A model generated the notes under the pieces. That model saw only the letters and a program-made list of their open reading frames with translations. It was not told where the DNA came from and did not search any database. Shown piece after piece: positions 31,215-40,054 of a DNA stretch of 64,000 nucleotides; positions within the stretch are counted from its first letter, which is position 1; each line of letters starts with the position of its first letter. The DNA comes from Thermoanaerobaculia bacterium. Its GTDB lineage: Bacteria > Acidobacteriota > Thermoanaerobaculia > Multivoradales > Multivoraceae. The position numbers and the translations under genes are program-made. The stretch lies in the NCBI GenBank assembly GCA_963664405.1, contig OY761158.1, positions 5,440,001-5,504,000 of the forward strand, in the 5' to 3' direction.

Positions 31215-32309
31215 TCACTCGAATACTTCGAGCTCCCTTCCGCCGGAGCGCAGCACGACGTCGACGTACTTGGTGTCCGCTGTCGTACCGCCGAAAACAC
31301 CCACCGAGATGAACCACACACCAACGACGCGCTCTGGTGGATCGCCGCCTACCGCCATTTCATAGTCGTCGAGGATCTTGCGGGTGTGGCTCTGCCACAC
31401 GCCGACGTCCTCACGGCCGCTCTGGAGCACGATGTGGGTCTCGCGCCTGTCCCACCAAGGCAGCGGGCAGCGGAAGCTCGTCACGGCCTCGAGGTAGGGG
31501 CTTCGCATCCACGTGATGTCCTGCCCGTTGTCGAACTCGAGGGCGATGCTCGAATAGTCGTGGTGGCTGGCCTCTGTCTCCGGGCCCAGGGAGTGCAGGT
31601 CGTCGTAGCGCCAGGCGAAGCTGATCTCGCTCGATCGATCGAGCGGCAGATCCACCGCCTTCTTGATGATCCCGCCCGACGAGGCGGCGTTGCCCCAGAC
31701 ACCGTGCCGCTCGCCGTCGTCCCAGGCCTCGAAGACATCGGCTGTGCGGAGTAGGTAACACACGGAACGGAAACCCGCAGGAAGCTCGCGAGCGGCGTCG
31801 AGGTCGGCCTTGGCGCGTGCCAGGACTTCGTGTGCGACGAGGCCTCCTAGGGCGTCGCCGGGCGCCGATCTCCACGCCACAGTCAGCAGGTCGTGACCGG
31901 GCGCTTGGCGCGGAGCCGCGCTGAGCGAGGCCGGCGGCGTGCCGTCACAGTGCTCCCAGCGTACGTCCCTGGGCAGTGAGATCACTTCGATTTCACCCGT
32001 CGCCCAGGCGAGAAACGAGTAGCTCTCCCCTCCGAGATTTTCGATGTCGGCCCGCCCGATGCGCACCCAGACACGGGCACCAACATCCTCGCCGAAACCG
32101 AAGAGAGTCACCCCTTGGCCTTCCTCCACCTCGACACCTGTGCCCGTCCAGCCGTCGTGGGCGGTAGGCAGCCGAACGCTGGCAAGGGAGACTACGGCCG
32201 GCTCGCCTCGCAGCAGATGCTCCAGAGACGCGCTCTGTGCGGGCGCGACAGAGGGAAGACAGACCACCACTAGCCACTCAAGAAGTCCTATTCGCAACCT
32301 TGTACGCAC
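31215..32309 (-). CDS. DUF3047-like secreted protein
   Basis: HHDYSSIALEFDNGQDITW, FRCPLPWWDRRETHIV, VWFISV; GTG start inferred from AGGAGG. Confidence 0.7.
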   Translation of the reverse strand: MRTRLRIGLLEWLVVVCLPSVAPAQSASLEHLLRGEPAVVSLASVRLPTAHDGWTGTGVEVEEGQGVTLFGFGEDVGARVWVRIGRADIENLGGESYSFLAWATGEIEVISLPRDVRWEHCDGTPPASLSAAPRQAPGHDLLTVAWRSAPGDALGGLVAHEVLARAKADLDAARELPAGFRSVCYLLRTADVFEAWDDGERHGVWGNAASSGGIIKKAVDLPLDRSSEISFAWRYDDLHSLGPETEASHHDYSSIALEFDNGQDITWMRSPYLEAVTSFRCPLPWWDRRETHIVLQSGREDVGVWQSHTRKILDDYEMAVGGDPPERVVGVWFISVGVFGGTTADTKYVDVVLRSGGRELEVFE

Positions 32310-32466
32310 TCCTATCCTCCTGGCACGGCCGGTCCGCGTCTCCGGAGACGGGGCTACCCCAGCCGTGTACTCGACATAGAAAATCTTGTTGATGATTTTA
32401 CTCCTCGTCGGTCCGAGCAACGACATGTCGGTCACGTACATTGGAAAAGGACCTGCGCTCGACTAC

Positions 32467-32493
32467 TGTCGCAGTCCGCCACATTTCACGACA
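32467..32493 (+). other. Site S15
   Basis: TGTCGCAGTCCGCCACATTTCACGACA, 3 bp from the kinase 5 stop. Confidence 0.8.
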
Positions 32494-32496
32494 CGC

Positions 32497-35214
32497 TCAG
32501 TCGGTGGGCACGAGGCGCTCGAGCTCTTCGAACCAATTGGTGACTAGCGTAACGTGGTCGGTTCCGTAGGAGTCCGTAGCGGCCGGGAACACGACGAAAC
32601 GCCGTCCGTCACCGGCTACGTCGAAGCCAGGGTATGGCTCCCCCGCGAGGATCGGTACCAGCAGGTAGCCCTCGTCGAGAACGGCCTCCGCTATGCCGGG
32701 ACGGAGGACCCCGTTGCCCTCTTTCACAAGGACCCTCGCAATATGGGACCCGGTACCGAAAAAGAGCGCGCGACCATCGGCCGACCACTTCGGATACCTG
32801 CCTCCGTTCGTCGAGATCATTACTCGCCCAGCTCCGTCGGGAAAGGGTCGGACGTAGATCTGGAAGATCCCCGATACGTCCGACTCATAAGCTATCCAGC
32901 GACCGTCGGGCGAGAACATGCCCATACTCTCGTTGGCCTGCGTGTCAAGGAAAGCATAGGGCTCGCTTTGGCCGTCCAACGGGAGAATCCAGACGTCCTC
33001 GTCGACGACGTCTAGCTTGGCTCTGCCGTAGGCGAGAAATCGACCGTCGGGGCTGTAGGAGGAGGGGAAGACGCTGTGGGCGCCCCCGATCAGCGTTTCG
33101 ATCTCTCCCGATCCGTCGGCTCGCGTCTCATAGATGGCGTTTCTCTGGTTGCGCTCGGAGTTGAAGGCCAGCGTCTCGCCGTCGGGCGACCAGGCCACGT
33201 CGTCGTCTCGCGCAGAGTCGTCGGTCAGCCTAGTCTCGGTGCCGCGCTCCAGGTCGTAGACCCAGATGTCGACGTTGCCATCGCGGAGCTCGGTCACGGC
33301 GAGTCGCGACCCGTCCGGCGACAACTGCGGCGAGCCGTAGAGCCCCGGCGACAAGAGCGGTGTGTCGTCTCCCCGCAGATCGACCCACACCGCTGGAAAC
33401 TTCTGCTCCTCCGCTCCGCCGCTCAAGTAGACAAGGGACCCGGAGTCGGAAAGGTCGTAGCCGGAGTTCTCGATGTTGTGCAGGGTGAGGACGTTCGACT
33501 GGATGGGCCCAAAAACTCCGGATTGGATGGGGACAGCTGACCCCTTAGTTGTGAGCTCTTTCAGGTCGAAGGCTACGGCGAAGAGATCTTCGCCCGCGCG
33601 AAATACCAGTTGGCCTGTGGGGAGGTAACGGCCATGAGATCCGTTGGCGCGAACAACGCTTCTCTCCCGAGTTTGCAGGTTCAAGGCCTCGATGCTCGAC
33701 GGACCCGAGGATCCCTGCCACGTTGTGAAGGAAGTAAACAGGAGCGCTTTGCCCCCTGGGAGCAGTTGAGGTGAACGGTGGGTGTGCTCGCCCTCGGCGA
33801 GCTCAGTCATCAATTCGGGCTCGCCTCCGTTTGCGGAAACTCGGACCAAGCCGCCCGGGGGGCGAGCGTTGAAGACGATCGTTCCGTCGCGGGTCCAGGT
33901 GCCCGTCGACCAGCTACTCGCCGCAGTCACAGTCTGCGGTGCGCCGCCGCTCACCTGAACCTTGCGTAGCTCCGAGTCGGTGAAGAAGGCGACCCAGTCT
34001 CCATCCGGAGAGAAGAAGGGCTGGAAAACGGATCCGGAGGCGAGTAGTCTGCCCTCCAACTGGTCGAGTTGGCGCACGTAGAGCTCTCGAGTCGGCGCGC
34101 CGTCGGCCGAAGGTCTGTGCACCACATAGGCAAGGTCGCACCCGTCTGGGGACAGCACGGCATCAAGGACAGCGCCGCCGTCGGCCTCGGCGATTTTGAC
34201 GTCCAGATGGAGACTCGGACCCATTGGTGCCGACGGGCGATTCACCAGCCAGGCGAGTGTTGCAAGAGTGACTACGGTCACGACGCCGAGAGCAGCGACC
34301 ATGGGAGTCGAGCGCCAGAGAGCTGTCGTCGGCAACGAGTTTGCCAGTCCATCGGCCCCGGGCTTCTGAAGCAAGAGCCGAGCGTCGGCAATGTCGTGTA
34401 GCCGATCGCGCCTCTTCTTGGCCAGACAGAGTTGGAGCAGACTCTTCATTGAAGAAGGTACGTCGGCGGGCAGGGAGTCGAGCTCGGGGTCGTCCCGAAG
34501 CACCGCTGCCAGGGTATTAGGAGCATCCTCACCTTGGAAGGCGCGCTTTCCCGAGAGAGCCTCGAAGAGGCAGACTCCGAACGCCCAGATGTCAGCTCTC
34601 TCGTCGACTGTCTTGCCGGAGGCCTGCTCGGGTGCCATATACGCCGCTGTGCCGAGGATCTCGCCGCGCTGCGTCGCCGCCAGCGTCAGAGTAGGCGACT
34701 GTGACTGACCCGGAGCGGCGGGCTCCTGCGGCGGAGCCATCGCCTTGGCCAGCCCGAAATCGAGGATCTTGACGTTGCCGTCTTCCGAAACCTTGATATT
34801 CGCAGGCTTGAGGTCGCGATGGATGACGCCCTTCTCGTGGGCTGCTTCCAGGCCCTCCGCGATCTGGAGAAACAGCGGTAGAGCTTCGTCGACGGGTATC
34901 GTGCCTCTCTTGATGCGCTCGGCGAGTGTCTCGCCTTCGACCAACTCCATGACAAGGAAGCTAGTGTCCCCTTCCTTCTCGAAGCCGTAGAGCGTGGCGA
35001 TGTTGTTGTGATTCAGTGAGGCGAGGAAGCGAGCTTCACGCTCGAAGCGCGCCAGCCGATCAGGATCTTTGGAGACCTCATCGAGAAGCAGCTTGATTGC
35101 CACCTCGCGACCGAGCTTCGTGTCCTTGGCTCGATACACTTCTCCCATGCCTCCTGCGCCTAGCGAGGAGACCACTTCGTAGTGGCCGAGGCGAGTGCCA
35201 GCTTCTAGCGCCAT
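32497..35214 (-). CDS. Ser/Thr kinase-TM-beta-propeller protein 5 (intact)
   Basis: [10 protein letters not shown] start shared with paralogs; [14 protein letters not shown]; PD40-like repeats. Confidence 0.92.
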   Translation of the reverse strand: MALEAGTRLGHYEVVSSLGAGGMGEVYRAKDTKLGREVAIKLLLDEVSKDPDRLARFEREARFLASLNHNNIATLYGFEKEGDTSFLVMELVEGETLAERIKRGTIPVDEALPLFLQIAEGLEAAHEKGVIHRDLKPANIKVSEDGNVKILDFGLAKAMAPPQEPAAPGQSQSPTLTLAATQRGEILGTAAYMAPEQASGKTVDERADIWAFGVCLFEALSGKRAFQGEDAPNTLAAVLRDDPELDSLPADVPSSMKSLLQLCLAKKRRDRLHDIADARLLLQKPGADGLANSLPTTALWRSTPMVAALGVVTVVTLATLAWLVNRPSAPMGPSLHLDVKIAEADGGAVLDAVLSPDGCDLAYVVHRPSADGAPTRELYVRQLDQLEGRLLASGSVFQPFFSPDGDWVAFFTDSELRKVQVSGGAPQTVTAASSWSTGTWTRDGTIVFNARPPGGLVRVSANGGEPELMTELAEGEHTHRSPQLLPGGKALLFTSFTTWQGSSGPSSIEALNLQTRERSVVRANGSHGRYLPTGQLVFRAGEDLFAVAFDLKELTTKGSAVPIQSGVFGPIQSNVLTLHNIENSGYDLSDSGSLVYLSGGAEEQKFPAVWVDLRGDDTPLLSPGLYGSPQLSPDGSRLAVTELRDGNVDIWVYDLERGTETRLTDDSARDDDVAWSPDGETLAFNSERNQRNAIYETRADGSGEIETLIGGAHSVFPSSYSPDGRFLAYGRAKLDVVDEDVWILPLDGQSEPYAFLDTQANESMGMFSPDGRWIAYESDVSGIFQIYVRPFPDGAGRVMISTNGGRYPKWSADGRALFFGTGSHIARVLVKEGNGVLRPGIAEAVLDEGYLLVPILAGEPYPGFDVAGDGRRFVVFPAATDSYGTDHVTLVTNWFEELERLVPTD

Positions 35215-35272
35215 GACTTGGCGACATCTTACAGTCGCCCGTGGGATCAGCGGCTCAGAGCTCGATCTGTGC
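35215..35272 (-). promoter_or_regulatory. Conserved kinase leader with putative -10 TAAGAT
   Basis: Similar copies at 19404-19463, 26729-26787, 31001-31060; diverged copy at 23889-23949. Confidence 0.55.
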
Positions 35273-35299
35273 TGTCGCACCTCACCACAGAAGACGACA
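35273..35299 (+). other. Site S16
   Basis: TGTCGCACCTCACCACAGAAGACGACA. Confidence 0.8.
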
Positions 35300-35431
35300 C
35301 GCCTGCCCGCCAGAGCCCGAAAATGCTGGATTCTCCTTGCATCCAAAAGGGAAAAGACGACACCGTGACGCCTGTTCTGCGAAGGTGCGACACCTTCGTC
35401 CTGGGTTGCTCATCGCAAACGGAGGGAGCGT

Positions 35432-35497
35432 TGGTGGAAGCGCAGGGGAATCGAACCCACCCTCGACGAGCGACTCGTCGAACAGACGGTTTTGAAG
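35432..35497 (-). tRNA. selC: 3' half of tRNA-Sec (anticodon loop to CCA); att-like remnant, not a complete tRNA
   Basis: CTTCAAA loop (UCA), long variable arm TCGACGAG/CTCGTCGA, GGGTTCGATTCCC, TGCGCTTCCACCA; no pairing 5' half. Confidence 0.7.
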
Positions 35498-35635
35498 CTC
35501 GCGGGGGCTCGACGTAGGATGTGGAGCCGGCCACAATTCAAGGCTGCTTTTGGAAAATGGAGTCGAAGCGGAGCTTGACCGCGAGCATCGCGGACAGGCT
35601 GAGTGCGAAGAGACTCAGGAGAGAGGGTGGTGACA

Positions 35636-36886
35636 ATGACGTGGACGCTGAACCATCGTTGGTGGATCCTTGGCATCGCTTTCTTGCTGGCGCTCGGGCC
35701 CGGCGATACCTGGTCACAGGAGATCGTCGAAGTCGGCGATCGATCCGCCAACTGCGATGACGATGCCGCGTGCATCAACCGACTTCATCCTGCGATTCCG
35801 ATGGCGGCGCGCGCCCAGCCGGGGGCGACAATTGTTCTTCATACTCGCAACGCGAGCGACTTCGATCTCGATCCCGAGGCCCCACCGGATCCGAGGGACG
35901 GAGACTTCGGCGTCGGCACGATTCATGCCCTCACCGGCCCGGTGCATATTGAGGGCGCCGAGCCCGGTGACGTCCTCAAGGTCCGAATCCTCGATATCGC
36001 GCCGGGGCCGTGGGCCTTTACGGTGATCGCACCGATCGGGTTCGTTAGCGACAAGATCGCAGGGCCCCTGCGCATCCTGTGGCGACTGAACCGGGACTAT
36101 GCTGTCTCGGACGATCTACCCGGTGTGCGCATTCCCAACCGCAGCTTCCCGGGTATCGTCACCGTCTTGCCGGGGCCGAAGGAGCACGCAGAGATGATGG
36201 CCCGAGAGGCCGAGCTCTTGGAGGCGGGAGGAGCGGTGATGCCGCCCACTCATCTGACCCACGCTTCTCCTCGAGAGGTGTGTGGCGAAGGCGGCAGCCA
36301 TGCCGGCGAGTGTCTACGCACGATTCCACCGCGCGAGCATGGCGGCAACATGGATATCAGGTATCTGGGGACGGGAGTCTCCATCTATCTGCCCTGTTAC
36401 CTGCCGGGCTGCGGCCTCGCCATCGGAGACCTGCACTACGCGCAGGGGGATGGCGAGGTCTCCGGCACCGCGCTCGAAATGGACGCCACCGTCACCGTGA
36501 CGACTGAGTTGATCAAGGACGGCCGGGATCTAGGTCGTGGCCCCCATTACGAGGGGCCGTCCTCCCTCCTGGATATTCCGTCCAGGTCGTTTTACGCGAC
36601 GACCGGTTTTCCGATCAAAGAGAAGGGCGAAGTGCCACCGGACATGCGCTATCTCGGATCGCAGCAGGTGGCGGGGCTCGAGAACTTGTCAAAGGACATT
36701 TCGTTGGCCGCGCGCAATGCATTGCTCGAGATGATCGACTACATCTCCGAGACCTACGGCTATACGAGAGAACAGGCATACATCATCTCGTCGATTGCGG
36801 TGGACCTCAGAATCGGCCAATTGGTGGACGCACCGAACGTCGGTGTGACCGCAATCCTGCCGCTGGATATTTTCGAGCCGCGCTAG
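35636..36886 (+). CDS. Acetamidase/formamidase family protein with signal peptide
   Basis: LTGPVHIEGAEPGD, PPREHGGNMD, GDLHYAQGDGE. Confidence 0.92.
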   Translation: MTWTLNHRWWILGIAFLLALGPGDTWSQEIVEVGDRSANCDDDAACINRLHPAIPMAARAQPGATIVLHTRNASDFDLDPEAPPDPRDGDFGVGTIHALTGPVHIEGAEPGDVLKVRILDIAPGPWAFTVIAPIGFVSDKIAGPLRILWRLNRDYAVSDDLPGVRIPNRSFPGIVTVLPGPKEHAEMMAREAELLEAGGAVMPPTHLTHASPREVCGEGGSHAGECLRTIPPREHGGNMDIRYLGTGVSIYLPCYLPGCGLAIGDLHYAQGDGEVSGTALEMDATVTVTTELIKDGRDLGRGPHYEGPSSLLDIPSRSFYATTGFPIKEKGEVPPDMRYLGSQQVAGLENLSKDISLAARNALLEMIDYISETYGYTREQAYIISSIAVDLRIGQLVDAPNVGVTAILPLDIFEPR

Positions 36887-36901
36887 CGAACAGCCGGTTA
36901 G

Positions 36902-37300
36902 ATGGAGACAAGAATGGGCAAGAGAATAGTCACTACCAGTCAGGCGCCTGCCGCGGTTGGGCCCTATTCCCAGGCTGTGGTGTTGGATGGCTTGGTGTGG
37001 ACCTGCGGCCAGATTGCGCTAGACCCTGCGACGGGTGTGTTAGTTGGATCCGACGCGGCGGCGCAGGCGGACCGCGCCCTTCAGAACATCGACGCGATCC
37101 TGCAAGCGGCAGGCTCGAGTCTCGATCAAGTCGTCCGAACCACCGTGTACCTGGCGAACATGGACGACTTCGGCGCGGTCAGTGAGGTTTATGCCCGGTA
37201 CCTCTCCAACGACCCGCCGGCTCGAGCTTGCGTGGAGGTCTCGCGGCTGCCGCTGGGAGCCCTGGTCGAGATCGACGCGATTGCCGCAGTCGCTGTCTGA
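36902..37300 (+). CDS. ridA: RidA (YjgF/UK114) family deaminase
   Basis: APAAVGPYSQAV, GQI, PARACVEVSRLP. Confidence 0.9.
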   Translation: METRMGKRIVTTSQAPAAVGPYSQAVVLDGLVWTCGQIALDPATGVLVGSDAAAQADRALQNIDAILQAAGSSLDQVVRTTVYLANMDDFGAVSEVYARYLSNDPPARACVEVSRLPLGALVEIDAIAAVAV

Positions 37301-37418
37301 CGGTGTCGCTCTGACGAATCGCTGAGACCCTGAAGAAGGAGCTCTCGGCTTTGGACGAGCGCTGTGAAGAGCTCACAGTAGAGGAGAGCTTTGTCGGTGA
37401 CTTGGTGTTGGTCGGGCG

Positions 37419-38519
37419 CTAAGAACCCATCTCGATGCCGATCGCGCGTGCAGCCTCGACCAGCTGGCCGGCTGGGTCGACCCGGCGGGGCACCGCGATC
37501 GCCTCGTTGATCGAGACGCGTCCAATATTGGGAGTCTGAAGCGCGACCATGCTGCCGAAGGCGCCGTCGGCTACGGCTTCCACTGCGGCTACACCCAGGC
37601 GGGTGCCGAGGATGCGGTCGAACTCGGTCGGTGAGCCGCCGCGCTGAATATGACCCAGCACCGATACGCGGACCTCGAGCGGGAGCATTGGGTCGAGCGC
37701 GGCCGCCATTCTGCTGCCGGCACCGAAGAGCTTCGGCATCCCCCCAGCCTCGCCAGTCTCGGCGTAGGTAGGCGCCACGCCTGACGGAGCCGCTCCCTCG
37801 GCGACGACTGCGATGGAGAAGAGGAGGCCGTCGTCGCGTCGCTTCTGGATGCGCTCGACGACCGGCTCCAGGCGGTACGGAATCTCGGGGATGAGGCAGA
37901 TGTGCGCGCCGCCGGCGAGCGCGCTGTGGAGAGCAACGAAGCCGGCGTCGCGCCCCATCACTTCGACGATCATCAGACGGTCGTGGCTCGCGGCGGTGTC
38001 CTGTAAACGGTCGATGGCCGAGGTCGCAGTCTGTACCGCGGTGTGGAATCCGATCGTGTAGTCGGTGCCACCCAGATCGAGATCGATCGTCTTCGGGACT
38101 CCAACAATGGCGAGCCCCCTTTCGATCAGGCGCTGGGCAATGCGCATGCTGCCGTCACCGCCCACCCAGATGAGAGCGTCGAGCTCGAGGCGATGGTAGT
38201 TCTCGACCACCTTGGCGGAGACATCGCTCTCCCGCTCCTCGCTGCCCCGGTGGCCGAAGTAGTGAAACGGATCGGCGCTGTTCGAGGTGCCGATCAGGGT
38301 GCCGCCACGATCCAAGATTGCATCGACCAGGGTCGGCGTCAGAACGCGATTGCCATGCGGGGCTCGAACTTCGAGATCGATGAGCCCTTCGGTGGCATCT
38401 TCGATGCCGAGCACCTCCCAGCCACGCTGGTGTGCGCTCAATACAACCGCGCGAATTACGGCGTTGAGCCCAGGACAATCGCCGCCGCTGGTGAGAATGC
38501 CGACCCGTTCGATGCTCAT
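37419..38519 (-). CDS. pfkA: 6-phosphofructokinase (PfkA family)
   Basis: GGDCPGLN, GGDGS, PKTID, EVMGR, LGHIQRGG. Confidence 0.92.
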   Translation of the reverse strand: MSIERVGILTSGGDCPGLNAVIRAVVLSAHQRGWEVLGIEDATEGLIDLEVRAPHGNRVLTPTLVDAILDRGGTLIGTSNSADPFHYFGHRGSEERESDVSAKVVENYHRLELDALIWVGGDGSMRIAQRLIERGLAIVGVPKTIDLDLGGTDYTIGFHTAVQTATSAIDRLQDTAASHDRLMIVEVMGRDAGFVALHSALAGGAHICLIPEIPYRLEPVVERIQKRRDDGLLFSIAVVAEGAAPSGVAPTYAETGEAGGMPKLFGAGSRMAAALDPMLPLEVRVSVLGHIQRGGSPTEFDRILGTRLGVAAVEAVADGAFGSMVALQTPNIGRVSINEAIAVPRRVDPAGQLVEAARAIGIEMGS

Positions 38520-38558
38520 GCGCTCAAACCCGAAGCTGGAGGAGGCTCTTCGAAACGT

Positions 38559-39134
38559 CTACGGGCGGGGCGGGTTGATCATGATGTGAGCGCCTGCGGT
38601 GCCTGCGTCCATCAGCCAGGGAGCGCTCTCCGCGGGCTTGGCTGAGAGGCCTGTGGACTCTGGGGTTGCGAAGGGCGTGTAGACGACCCAGCGGAGATAG
38701 GGCTCTTCGACCTCGCCTGTCTCCGGGTTCACGCCACTCCCGTGAAGGACGTACAGCGTACGAGGCTCACGCGGCATTGAGACTTTGCCTTCTTCGATCT
38801 CTTTGAATCGGTGGTCCCGACGCGCGGGACCCTTCATCCCCTGTGCGCTGAGCTCTCGCCCTCTTGCCATGAAGGGCTCGAGATCTTTGTGGTAGCAAGC
38901 CACCGAAAAACGGTCGTCGTCGGGATTGTCGTAGAGGCAGACGAGATCGTTACTCCCCTCGCGGAGCCAGGTGAGCTGGCCGCCGTCGTAGCCGAGCACC
39001 GCGGCTCCTTCACGCCTGCCCTCAGGGGCGGCCTGCAGGGCCGCGGCGATCTGTTGCTCTTTGGGCGGAACGTCGGCCGCAAAGAGCGGAGTGGTGAGGA
39101 GAAGGGCGAGCAGAGGGTAGATCGAAGTGTGCAT
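38559..39134 (-). CDS. Secreted hypothetical protein
   Basis: Signal peptide; PWLMDAGTAGAHIM tail. Confidence 0.7.
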   Translation of the reverse strand: MHTSIYPLLALLLTTPLFAADVPPKEQQIAAALQAAPEGRREGAAVLGYDGGQLTWLREGSNDLVCLYDNPDDDRFSVACYHKDLEPFMARGRELSAQGMKGPARRDHRFKEIEEGKVSMPREPRTLYVLHGSGVNPETGEVEEPYLRWVVYTPFATPESTGLSAKPAESAPWLMDAGTAGAHIMINPPRP

Positions 39135-39314
39135 GGAACCTCCCAATTGTGCGTTTGCCCTTGGATGATAGAGGACCGGGTGACGTCGTTGCCATCGAAA
39201 TGTCTCTGGCTACGGCCCGTCCTACGGCCCTCCTTCTCAAGTGCGGTTCTCTGCGCCGGGCATTTTGGGCCGATTGCGCGTATGGCTATGAGACCGCGAG
39301 TGGTGGCTTCCGCT

Positions 39315-40031
39315 ATGATCGACCTATTCATGGACACTCTTGGGATCCTCGTCGCTTCTGCGATTGGCATTGGTTTCATTCACACCCTAATCGGTGTGGA
39401 TCACACCCTCCCTTTTGTCGTTCTAGGCCGGGCGAGAGGTTGGTCGCTCGCCAGGACTCTGAGACTGACTGCGGTCTGCGGGCTCGGCCACGTGGCTTCG
39501 TCGGTGCTTCTCGGCAGCTTCGGGCTCGGCTTGGGGGTTGCTCTAGGGCGGCTGAAAGGCGTCGAGGAGTTCCGCGGCAACCTGGCGGCCTGGGTGCTGA
39601 TCGTCTTCGGGCTGGTTTATGCTGCCTGGTCGATGGCGCGTAAACGGCGAAGTCAGCGCGAGGCGCACGCGCACGAGACCGGAGTGGTTCACGCTCACGG
39701 TCGGGGCATCTCGGTCGCCCATCAGCATGGTTCTGACGTTTCGGGGGCGTCGCTGACCGCCTGGAGTCTGTTTGTCGTCTTTGTTCTCGGCCCCTGCGAG
39801 CCTTTGATCCCGCTGCTGATGGTTCCGGCTCTGGATCTCGGTGCAATGGCCGCCGTTCCCGTGACTTTGGCCTTTGCTGTGACGACGATTGGCACCATGA
39901 TGGTGGTTGTCGCGGCTGCCTACTACGGTCTACGCATGCCCGCCTTCCGTCATCTCGAGGCGCACGCCCACACACTTGCCGGCCTCACGATCGCGTTCTC
40001 GGGTCTGCTCATCCAGTTGCTCGGTATCTGA
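39315..40031 (+). CDS. Ni/Co transporter-like membrane protein (UreH/RcnA-like)
   Basis: HTLIGVDH, GHV, His-rich loop, LGPCEP. Confidence 0.75.
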   Translation: MIDLFMDTLGILVASAIGIGFIHTLIGVDHTLPFVVLGRARGWSLARTLRLTAVCGLGHVASSVLLGSFGLGLGVALGRLKGVEEFRGNLAAWVLIVFGLVYAAWSMARKRRSQREAHAHETGVVHAHGRGISVAHQHGSDVSGASLTAWSLFVVFVLGPCEPLIPLLMVPALDLGAMAAVPVTLAFAVTTIGTMMVVVAAAYYGLRMPAFRHLEAHAHTLAGLTIAFSGLLIQLLGI

Positions 40032-40054
40032 CCCAGGCCTCTGGCGGTGGCGCG

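Noticed and set aside
16724-35214. Diversity-generating retroelement driving kinase variation
   Set aside because: No reverse transcriptase and no TR/VR pair with adenine-specific differences seen.
16004-35299. Classical integron, shufflon or pdif array
   Set aside because: No attC cores or IntI insertion; sites are all direct and genes co-oriented, so not inversion; arms do not resemble XerC/D boxes.
35432-35530. Intact functional tRNA-Sec
   Set aside because: No 5' acceptor strand, D-arm or pairing anticodon stem upstream.
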